Origin: an uncultured Cytophagia bacterium
Lineage (GTDB): Bacteria > Zhuqueibacterota > Zhuqueibacteria > Residuimicrobiales > Residuimicrobiaceae
NCBI GenBank assembly: GCA_964436305.1
Contig: CAYTCI010000005.1
Location: 14,629-78,628, forward strand
DNA: 64,000 nt
Reading direction: 5' to 3'
The translations under genes were made by a program, and so were the position numbers. The notes under the pieces were generated by a model that worked only from the letters and a program-made list of their open reading frames with translations, made no database searches and was not told the DNA's origin. This document shows, in pieces, positions 17,597-25,605 of the stretch (its first letter is position 1; every line of letters starts with the position of its first letter).

Positions 17597-18610
17597 ATGA
17601 AAAAGATCGTCATGATGGCCTATCTGCTGCTGACGGCTGCGGGGCTTCTCGCCGGGGATGTCGCCAAGGTCGGCGTCACCGCCGCCCCTTTCCTTTCGAT
17701 CGGCGTCGGCGCCCGGGCGACCGGCATGGGCGGCGCCTTCGTCGGCACCGCCGACGATGCCAGCGCCCTCTACTGGAATCCCGCCGGCATCGCCCGCAGC
17801 CGGGATATCCAGGTGCTGCTGATGCATACCCGTTGGCTCGCGGATCTGAAATTCAATTTCGCCGGCTTTTCCCTGCCCCTCGGCGGCTTCGGCAGTATCG
17901 GAGCCTCGTTGACCTCGCTCGACTATGGCGATATGCCGGTGCGTACCACCGACCAGCCCGACGGGACCGGCGAGATCTTTTCTTCCAGCGATCTTGCCAT
18001 CGGCCTCAGCTATGCCCGCAGTCTGACCGACCGCTTCTCGATCGGCTTCAACGTCAAATACATCACCCAGAGTATCTGGCATGAGAATGCCGATGGTTTT
18101 GCCATTGATTTCGGCACCCTCTTCATCACCGGACTGTACGGTCTGCGCATCGGCGCCGCATTGAGCAACTTCGGCACCGACATGCACATGGGAGGCAAGG
18201 ATCTCCTCGTCTATCAGGACATCGATCCCAACATCCTCGGCAACAACGACCGGATTCCGGCGGATCTGCAGACCGGTTCGTGGTCGCTGCCGCTGACCTT
18301 TCAGTTCGGCCTGGCGCTGGAGCCCTGGAAGTCGCCGCTGCACCGGCTGACGGTCGCGGCTGACGCCATCCATCCCAGCGACAACACCGAATCGATCAAT
18401 CTCGGTATGGAGTACGGTTTCCGCGAGATACTCTTCCTCCGTGCCGGCTTTCGCGATCTCTTTTTGCGCGACCGCGAGCAGGGTCTCACCCTGGGGGCGG
18501 GCTTGGCCACCCGCAACCTCGGCAATATCCTGATCCAGCTCGACTATGCCTACGCCGATTTCGGCCGTCTCGAGAACGCCCAGCGGTTTTCCTTCAGCAT
18601 GGCTTTTTGA
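17597..18610 (+). CDS. PorV/PorQ-family outer-membrane beta-barrel protein (T9SS-associated)
   Basis: Signal peptide, then the family-typical N-terminal motif PFLSIGVGARATGMGGAFVGTADDASALYWNPAGIA. About 340 aa of alternating beta-strand pattern ending ..RFSFSMAF. Confidence 0.7.
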   Translation: MKKIVMMAYLLLTAAGLLAGDVAKVGVTAAPFLSIGVGARATGMGGAFVGTADDASALYWNPAGIARSRDIQVLLMHTRWLADLKFNFAGFSLPLGGFGSIGASLTSLDYGDMPVRTTDQPDGTGEIFSSSDLAIGLSYARSLTDRFSIGFNVKYITQSIWHENADGFAIDFGTLFITGLYGLRIGAALSNFGTDMHMGGKDLLVYQDIDPNILGNNDRIPADLQTGSWSLPLTFQFGLALEPWKSPLHRLTVAADAIHPSDNTESINLGMEYGFREILFLRAGFRDLFLRDREQGLTLGAGLATRNLGNILIQLDYAYADFGRLENAQRFSFSMAF

Positions 18611-18618
18611 GGCACAGC

Positions 18619-18726
18619 ATGGAGGCCATCGTCATTGAACAACCCGAGGCCGCACAGCTTCGGCGGCTTCCCGAGCCGGAGCCGGGGGCCGGCGAGGCCC
18701 TCGGCAAGGTGCAGGTTCTCCTGTGA
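18619..18726 (+). pseudogene. 35-codon relic resembling the N-terminus of a medium-chain (Zn) alcohol/threonine dehydrogenase
   Basis: MEAIVIEQPEAAQLRRLPEPEPGAGEALGKVQVLL* mirrors the canonical MDR GroES-like start (MKA.v...pg.l.l.evp.PepgpgEvLvkV.a.g). It then stops and overlaps the GTG of the next gene. No SD seen. Confidence 0.35.
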
Positions 18727-21236
18727 TCCGCGCATGCGCAAACCGTCTGGCCGTGGCCGGCCTGCTCCTGACCAGTCTGCTGGCCGCCTGCACGGCCGGC
18801 AACAAGGCTGATCCGCTGCAAGAGCTGGCGGTCGTTTTTACGGAAAATCACGGTCAGCTGGAGGTCGGCGGCCCCTGGGCCGGCGCCGAGTTTCACGCCA
18901 GCCGGCCGCTGCCCGCCCGGATCAGCTTTTATTATCCCGTGGCCAACAGCATCGATCTCAGCACCGACTACTGGCGCCGCGGCGAATCGCGGCCGCTGCG
19001 CTTTGCCCTCAGCCATGATGGCCGCACCGATTCTATCGGCGCCGCACCCTGGGCCTATCGCTACACCCCCTTTCGTGCCGAGTTCCAGCAGCAAATCCCG
19101 GAATACCGCTGTGCCCTCCGCTACCGTTTTTGCCGGACGCTTCCGGTGATGGCCCTGCAGCTCGAGCTGACCAATGCCGGGGACCGGACGCGCTCCTTCC
19201 TCCTCGAGGGTTCCCTGCAGTGGGTGCTGCGCACCTGCCAGACCTATGCCTGGAAACTGCCGACGGTGGTTGCCTGCCCGCCGCAAAACCCCGCCGATCC
19301 CGGCAGTGGCTGTCCTCTGGCCACCGCCGCCTTCACCTGCCCCGAGACCGATTCGGCCCTGGTCTTCGTCGCCAATGCCGGGGCGCTGCCAGCGGCCTGG
19401 GCAACCCGCGAGGCCCTCACTCTCCGCTATGAAAAAACCTTGCAGCCGGATGAGGTGTGGCAGATCACCCTCCTGCTCGGCTCCTGCCGACCGGCCGAAG
19501 CGGCGGAGGTGGCGGCCAGGGCGATGCGGGAATGGCAGGACGAGGCAGATGGGTATGAGGAGGAGGCGCGGGACTATGCTGTGGCCGGCCCCGGGCTGGA
19601 GTTGCCCGATGCCAGACTTGTACAAACCGCGCGCTGGTCGCGGGCGGTAATGGCGGCCAACCGCCATTATCTCGACGGCCGGATGGTGCCCATGCCCTGT
19701 CCGGCGGAATACAATTTCTTTTTCACCCACGATCTGCTGCTGACCGACCTCGGGGCGGTCTTTTTCGACAGCGAGCGTGTGCGCAGCGACCTGCTCTATC
19801 TGCAGAGTCTGGCCCGGGCCGATTCAATCCTGCCACACGCTTACTACTGGCGCGACAGCGGTTTTCAGACCGAGTTCTGTTCCACCGACAACTGGAATCA
19901 TCTCTGGTTCATCCTCCTGAGCGCCTCCTACCTGCGCCACAGCGGCGATGCCGCCACCGTACAGCGGCTGGCGCCGATGCTGGAGAAGAGCCTGCGCATG
20001 ATGCTCGAGAACCGCGGCGAGGATGACCTGATGTACGCCTGGCAGCCCGACTGGTGGGACATCGGTCACTCCTGGGGTGCGCGCAGCTACATCACCATCC
20101 TCACGATCCGCGCCCTGCGCGAATATGCCTTCATGGGCGGGCAGCTGGGGTGGCCGGAGGTGGAGCTTGCGCACCAACTCGCGCTGGCGGAGCGGCTGCA
20201 GCAACGCCTCGGCGAGCGGCTGTGGGACGAGCAGGCCGGTTATCTTTTCAACGGGCTGGCGGGCGGCGCCACCGACCGCCATTATTACGCCGGCTCGCTG
20301 CTGGCCGCCGCCTGGAGGATCCTGGACGAGGAGCGCTCCGCCCGGCTGATGCAGACCGCTGCCGCGGAACTGCTCGACCGCCGCATCGGCATCCGCATCG
20401 CCGCGCCGATGGATTTCGACCAGTACAATCAACTCTACGAATTCCTCCCTGGCGAGGTCGGCGCCCGCGGCCTCTACCTCAACGGCGGGATCTGGCCGCA
20501 CGGCATCGTCTGGTACGCCCTCGGCTGGCTGGCCGCGGCCCAGCCCGATTCAGCCCGCGAGGTGCTGCAGCGCTATCTCACCCTGGCGGGCATCAGCCGT
20601 TCACCCCTGGGCCAGCCGGCCTTCTTCGAATACCGCAACGCCGATCCCGCCTCGCCGCGCTATGGCGAGATCGACAAGCCCACCTTCCTCTGGGCCGGCG
20701 GCTGGTTCCTGCACGCCCTCTATCAGCTGGCCGGGATGCGCGAGAACGAATGGAACCTCGCCTTTGATCCCCGGCTGCCGCAGGGCTGGCGGACCCTCCG
20801 TTACCAGACGATGATCAGCGGGCATGCCGTCGACGTGGTTTGGCGCGGCGAAGGGACCTGGTTCCGCCGGATCGAGGCGGATGGCCAACCCTTGCCCACT
20901 GCGGTCATGCCCGTTGATACCACCGCTTTGCCGCGGCACCAGCTCGCGCTCGAACGCGGCGAGCCGCTTACCCCCTACCTCGCCGGCGCCACCTGCGCGG
21001 TGACGGCGGTGCGCCTCGATGCACGCGAGCGGCGGCTGCAGGTGGCCCTCCGCGGCCAGCCCGGGCAGCGGGTCGAGCTGTCCGTGGTATCGCCCTGGGA
21101 GCCGCTGCGGGAGGGGCGGACGGAGGAGGAGCTGACGATCGTCCACCGGGACCGGGTGTGGGTGATCCGGCTCAGATCCGTGCTTGGCCAGCAGGAGGAG
21201 CTGGTCCATCTTGGCTTCAGCGGTGGAGGAGAGTAG
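18723..21236 (+). CDS. Lipoprotein with C-terminal six-hairpin (alpha/alpha)6 glycosidase-like domain (GDE_C/GH63-like fold)
   Basis: GTG start and lipobox LLTSLLAAC. C-terminal half has the helical-repeat pattern NWNHLWFILLSASYL, ITILTIRAL, YLNGGIWPHGIVWYALGWL, typical of clan GH-G type barrels. Family not assignable by eye. Confidence 0.65.
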   Translation: MIRACANRLAVAGLLLTSLLAACTAGNKADPLQELAVVFTENHGQLEVGGPWAGAEFHASRPLPARISFYYPVANSIDLSTDYWRRGESRPLRFALSHDGRTDSIGAAPWAYRYTPFRAEFQQQIPEYRCALRYRFCRTLPVMALQLELTNAGDRTRSFLLEGSLQWVLRTCQTYAWKLPTVVACPPQNPADPGSGCPLATAAFTCPETDSALVFVANAGALPAAWATREALTLRYEKTLQPDEVWQITLLLGSCRPAEAAEVAARAMREWQDEADGYEEEARDYAVAGPGLELPDARLVQTARWSRAVMAANRHYLDGRMVPMPCPAEYNFFFTHDLLLTDLGAVFFDSERVRSDLLYLQSLARADSILPHAYYWRDSGFQTEFCSTDNWNHLWFILLSASYLRHSGDAATVQRLAPMLEKSLRMMLENRGEDDLMYAWQPDWWDIGHSWGARSYITILTIRALREYAFMGGQLGWPEVELAHQLALAERLQQRLGERLWDEQAGYLFNGLAGGATDRHYYAGSLLAAAWRILDEERSARLMQTAAAELLDRRIGIRIAAPMDFDQYNQLYEFLPGEVGARGLYLNGGIWPHGIVWYALGWLAAAQPDSAREVLQRYLTLAGISRSPLGQPAFFEYRNADPASPRYGEIDKPTFLWAGGWFLHALYQLAGMRENEWNLAFDPRLPQGWRTLRYQTMISGHAVDVVWRGEGTWFRRIEADGQPLPTAVMPVDTTALPRHQLALERGEPLTPYLAGATCAVTAVRLDARERRLQVALRGQPGQRVELSVVSPWEPLREGRTEEELTIVHRDRVWVIRLRSVLGQQEELVHLGFSGGGE

Positions 21237-21242
21237 CGGCAG

Positions 21243-22550
21243 ATGATCAAAACGGATTGCAGATTGGCTCTGACCGCCGCCGTGGTCGTTCTCATGGCGG
21301 CGCTGATGCTGGCCGGCTGCCGGGGCGGGCCGCACGGCAAGAGCGGGCCTGAGGGGCTGGTCTACTGGCCGGCGGCCAACGCCCAGGAGATCGAGCTGGC
21401 CCGGAGCGCCGCGGCGGAATGGAATGCGGCCCATCCGGAGGTGCCGGTGACTGTGCAGCCGATCCCCGAGAGCCAGTCGACCGAGGAGGTGCTGCTGGCG
21501 GCGGTGGTCGGCAAGACCACCCCGGATGTCTGCTCGAACATCTGGCCGGGGGTGGTCGGTCAGTTCGTGCGCGCGGGAGCACTGGTGGCGCTCGATTCCT
21601 TCGCCGATTTCGACTCGGTTGCCACGGCGCGGCTGCCGGAGGGGCAGCGCGAGGCCTTTCAGTACGATGACGGCCGCCTCTACCAGATGCCCTGGAAGAG
21701 CAATCCGATCATGATGGAATACAACGTCCGGCGTCTGCGCGAGGCGGGTTTCGACCATCCACCGGCCACCTATGCCGAATTCATCCGTGCCGGTCAGGCC
21801 CTGACTCGGGATGTGACCGGCGATGGCCAGCCCGACCAGTGGATGCTCTACGTCGACATCAACGTCAAATGGTGGCTGCGCTACTTTGATTTTTACACCT
21901 TTTATCTGGCCGCCTCCGGAGGGCAGACCCTGATCCGCAACCGCCAGGTCGTTTTTGATAATCCGGCCGCGGTCGAGGTCTTTCGCTTCTTCCGCCGCTG
22001 TTTCGAACTGGGCATCTTCCCCAAGGCCACCTTTCAGGGCGATACTTTTCTCGCCGGGCAGGTGGCCACCCACATCACCGGCCCGTGGAACATCGCCCAC
22101 GTCGACAAGTTCAAGCCGGCGGGATTTGAATTCGATTATGCCCCGGTGCCGCTGCCGGACAGCGCCGCGGGGCCGGTGGTGACCTACGGCGATCCCAAGA
22201 ACATCGCCATCTTCACCACCTGCAGGAATCCCCGCGCGGCGTGGGCATTCGTCAAATTCCTGGTCTCCCGCCGCCAGGACCTGGCGCTGCTGCGGATCGC
22301 CAGTCAGCTGCCGATCCGCCGGGATCTCCTGACCGATTCGCTCTACATGCCTTACTTTAACGAGAATCCCAAGATGGTGCACTTTGCCGAACAAGCCCCG
22401 CGGACCCGCGGCGTCGACTCCGCCCCCGAACTGCGCGAGGTCTTCGATGCCCTCTCGCAAGAGTTCGAGGCCTGCTGCGTGCTCGGCCGGAGGACCCCCG
22501 AGGAGGCGGTGCGCCGCGCCGCCGAACGGGCGCGACAGGTGCTGCGATGA
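21243..22550 (+). CDS. Sugar ABC transporter substrate-binding lipoprotein (family 1 SBP)
   Basis: Lipobox LMLAGC. About 435 aa, with a typical SBP_bac_1-like layout (VTVQPIPESQSTEEVLLAAVVGKTTPDV, YQMPWKSNPIMMEYN). Immediately upstream of two MalFG-type permeases. Confidence 0.85.
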   Translation: MIKTDCRLALTAAVVVLMAALMLAGCRGGPHGKSGPEGLVYWPAANAQEIELARSAAAEWNAAHPEVPVTVQPIPESQSTEEVLLAAVVGKTTPDVCSNIWPGVVGQFVRAGALVALDSFADFDSVATARLPEGQREAFQYDDGRLYQMPWKSNPIMMEYNVRRLREAGFDHPPATYAEFIRAGQALTRDVTGDGQPDQWMLYVDINVKWWLRYFDFYTFYLAASGGQTLIRNRQVVFDNPAAVEVFRFFRRCFELGIFPKATFQGDTFLAGQVATHITGPWNIAHVDKFKPAGFEFDYAPVPLPDSAAGPVVTYGDPKNIAIFTTCRNPRAAWAFVKFLVSRRQDLALLRIASQLPIRRDLLTDSLYMPYFNENPKMVHFAEQAPRTRGVDSAPELREVFDALSQEFEACCVLGRRTPEEAVRRAAERARQVLR

Positions 22551-23434
22551 AAACAAAAACCAACCGGCATAAAGCCGGGGAGAGCCGGACCGGGCTGCTT
22601 TTCTCGCTGCCCTACTGGGTCTGGTTCGCCCTCTTCATGGCCTATCCCCTGCTCTTCTCGCTGGTGCTGGTCTTCCACGAATGGGATATCTACACCCCGA
22701 TGCGCTGGGTAGGCCTGGGCAATTTCGCCCGGCTCTTCCAGGACGATCTCTTCTGGCAGGCGATCCTCAACACCCTCTTCTTTCTGGTCATCCACATCCC
22801 ACTGCAGATCGGTATTGCACTGCTCTTCGCCGTGCTGCTCAACGAAAAGATCCGCGGCCGCGGCTTTTTCCGCGCCGCCTGCTTCATGCCGGTGGTGATT
22901 TCCGGCATTGTCATCTCGCTGTTGTGGCAGCAGCTCTTCTCCTACGAGAACGGCATCCTCAATCTCCTCCTCGCCCGCGTCGGCCTCGCCCGGATCCCCT
23001 GGCTGACCAGTCCGGAATGGGCGATGCCCTCGGTGGCGCTGATGGCAACCTGGAAGAATGTCGGCCTCTACATCATCCTCTTCCTCGCCGGGCTGCAGAA
23101 CATCCCGGCCTGGCTTTATGAGGCCGCCGGTCTCGATGGCGCTTCCGCCTGGCAAAAATTCCGGCACATCACCCTGCCGATGCTCAATCCGGCGGTGATC
23201 ATGGTCCTGGTGCTCTCGACCATCGGTGGCTTCAGCCTCTTCATCGAGCCCTATGTCCTGACCGGTGGCGGCCCGATGAACCGCACCCTCTCGGCGATGC
23301 TCTATATCTACAAGCAGGCCTTCTATTTCAACCGCATGGGCTATGCCGCCACCCTCGGATTCTTCTTCGCCTTTGTCATTCTCGCGGTGGTGCTCGTGCA
23401 ACGCAGGGTGGTTGAGCAGGAGACCCTCGAATGA
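22547..23434 (+). CDS. Carbohydrate ABC transporter permease (MalF/UgpA-type)
   Basis: Six predicted TM segments. EAA-loop region YEAAGLDGASAWQKFRHITLPML. 4-nt start/stop overlap with the SBP gene. Confidence 0.9.
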   Translation: MKTKTNRHKAGESRTGLLFSLPYWVWFALFMAYPLLFSLVLVFHEWDIYTPMRWVGLGNFARLFQDDLFWQAILNTLFFLVIHIPLQIGIALLFAVLLNEKIRGRGFFRAACFMPVVISGIVISLLWQQLFSYENGILNLLLARVGLARIPWLTSPEWAMPSVALMATWKNVGLYIILFLAGLQNIPAWLYEAAGLDGASAWQKFRHITLPMLNPAVIMVLVLSTIGGFSLFIEPYVLTGGGPMNRTLSAMLYIYKQAFYFNRMGYAATLGFFFAFVILAVVLVQRRVVEQETLE

Positions 23435-24240
23435 AGCGCACCCTCGTCTATCTCATCCTGATTCTCGGGGCGGTCGTCTTCCTCTATCCCTTTCTCTGGA
23501 TGGTGGCGGCGACCCTCAAGCCGGAGATGGAAATCGCCAGTTTCGGCCTCGTGCCCTCGCGCCTCACTCTGGCCAGCTATGAACAGGTCTTCGCCAAGAT
23601 CCCCCTCCTCCGCGCCCTGCTCAACAGCCTGGTGGTCTCGCTCGCCATCACCGCCTCGGTGCTCTTTTTCGGCTCGATGGTGGGATACGCCCTCTCGCGC
23701 CTGCGCTTCCGCGGCCGCGAGCTCATGGTGATGGCGATCCTTTTCACCATGATGATCCCCTTTCAGCTGACCATGATCCCCCTCTACATCCTCATGGTCA
23801 AACTGCACTGGACCGACACCTATCTGGCCCTGATCGTCCCCGGGATGATGAGCGGTTTCGGCATCCTCCTCTTCCGCCAGTTTTTCCAGTCGGTGCCGCA
23901 ATCGCTGATCGACGCGGCGCGGGTGGACGGTCTCAGCGATCTGCAGATCCTCTTCCGCATCATCTGGCCGCTCTCCCGGCCCATCCTCATCACCGTGGGG
24001 ATCATCACCTTCATGAACACCTGGAACGACGTCCTCTGGCCGCTGATCGTCATCCGCGACCAGTCGATCATGACCATGCCGCAGATGGTGACCATCTTTG
24101 CGGTGAGCGGCATGGCGGAGGCGCAGCTGGGGGTCAAGCTCGCAGCAGCCACCCTGCTGGCCCTGCCGGTCATCGTTGCTTACGCTTTCTTCCAGCGTTA
24201 TTTCATCGAGAGTCTGGCGAGCACGGGGCTGAAGGGATGA
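23431..24240 (+). CDS. Carbohydrate ABC transporter permease (MalG/UgpE-type)
   Basis: EAA loop IDAARVDGLSDLQILFRIIWPLSRP. Six TM pattern. 4-nt overlaps with both neighbours. Confidence 0.9.
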   Translation: MKRTLVYLILILGAVVFLYPFLWMVAATLKPEMEIASFGLVPSRLTLASYEQVFAKIPLLRALLNSLVVSLAITASVLFFGSMVGYALSRLRFRGRELMVMAILFTMMIPFQLTMIPLYILMVKLHWTDTYLALIVPGMMSGFGILLFRQFFQSVPQSLIDAARVDGLSDLQILFRIIWPLSRPILITVGIITFMNTWNDVLWPLIVIRDQSIMTMPQMVTIFAVSGMAEAQLGVKLAAATLLALPVIVAYAFFQRYFIESLASTGLKG

Positions 24241-25595
24241 AGACGCAGATGCAAAACAGGCTTTGGCTGGTGGTGGTGCTGGCGGCGCTGGCGGGCGGCT
24301 GTTCCTCCGCGCCGCGTCGACTGGTGAATTTTGCGCATCTCGACCGGCTCTGCGAGGAGGTGACCATCGCCGGCCGGCCCTGCACCATCGTCCACATTTA
24401 CAGCGACGCCCCGGGCTACGGCTGGACCGATGCCGCCGGTGAGGGCATCGCCTGTGTCGACGATGTCGCCCGCGCCGCGGTGGTCTATATGCGCGCCGGC
24501 GAGGTGCGCCATCTTGAGCGTATCCGCGGCCTCCTCCGTTTCGTCCTGGTCCTGCAGAATGCGGATGGCACCTTTTTCAATTTCGTCCACCGTGACGGCA
24601 CGATCAACCGCGAGGGGCCGACCAGTTTCCGCTCCTTCGGCTTCTGGGCGGCGCGCGGCTACTGGGCGCTGGGCGAGGGTTATGCCTTTTTCCGCGGGCG
24701 GGATCCCGTCTTCGCGGCCGAGCTGCGCACCGCCTTCCGCCGCTGCCTGCCGCAGCTGGACTCCCTGGCCCTCGCCTATGGCCGTTACGAGTCCATCGGT
24801 GGCCAGGCTTGGCCCGGCTGGCTGCTCAACCGCCATGCGGCCGACGCCACCTCCGAGTTTCTCCTCGGCGCCGCCGCGGTCCTCGCGGTCGAGCCGGATT
24901 CAGTCCTGCAGCACCATGCCGCCCGCCTGGCTGAGGGGCTCTGCGCCATGCAGACGGAAAAGTCGACCATGACCGGTGCTTTTTACTCCTGGCCGGGCAT
25001 CTGGCACGGCTGGGGTAACGCCCAGATTCAGGCCCTTGCCCCCCTCGCGGGGCTGCTCGGCGAGCCCCGGATGCTGCAGCGGGCCGAATTCAGCGGCCGC
25101 GCTTTTCTGGGACGGATGCTCGCCGGCGGCTGGCTGCATGAATACGACTTCACCACCGGTCAGGCCGCGGTCTATTCCCAGATCGCCTATGATGTGCGCA
25201 CAACCGCCCTCGGGCTGCTGGCGCTCCATCAGGCGACGGGGAATCCCGAGTACGCCCGGCTGGCGGGCATCGCCGCCTCCTGGCTGACCGGCAATAATAT
25301 AGCCGGCACACCCCTTTACGATCCCGCCAGCGGGCGCGGTTACGACGGCATCGACCGGAAGGGCGTCAACTACAACGCCGGCGCCGAGTCGACCATCGAG
25401 GCTCTGCTGACCCTGACCGAGGTCGAAAAGATACCAGCCGCCGCGGCCTGGCTGCAGGCGCGCTCAATTGAAAAGTGGAACGACACGGCCTGGCTGGCCG
25501 ACCCGGAGCTGCACCGCACCTTTCAATCCGGCCGGGAGCTCCTCCGCCTCACCGCGGGGAGCGGCGATTTCACCCTCGAACGTTTGAACCCCTGA
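24237..25595 (+). CDS. Lipoprotein of unknown function, possibly helical-barrel glycosidase-like
   Basis: Lipobox LAALAGGC. 452 aa with coherent codon usage, translationally coupled to the permease. Motifs GEGIACVDDVARAA and WGNAQIQALAPLAG are not assignable by eye. Confidence 0.55.
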   Translation: MKTQMQNRLWLVVVLAALAGGCSSAPRRLVNFAHLDRLCEEVTIAGRPCTIVHIYSDAPGYGWTDAAGEGIACVDDVARAAVVYMRAGEVRHLERIRGLLRFVLVLQNADGTFFNFVHRDGTINREGPTSFRSFGFWAARGYWALGEGYAFFRGRDPVFAAELRTAFRRCLPQLDSLALAYGRYESIGGQAWPGWLLNRHAADATSEFLLGAAAVLAVEPDSVLQHHAARLAEGLCAMQTEKSTMTGAFYSWPGIWHGWGNAQIQALAPLAGLLGEPRMLQRAEFSGRAFLGRMLAGGWLHEYDFTTGQAAVYSQIAYDVRTTALGLLALHQATGNPEYARLAGIAASWLTGNNIAGTPLYDPASGRGYDGIDRKGVNYNAGAESTIEALLTLTEVEKIPAAAAWLQARSIEKWNDTAWLADPELHRTFQSGRELLRLTAGSGDFTLERLNP

Positions 25596-25605
25596 TCCAA
25601 AGAGG

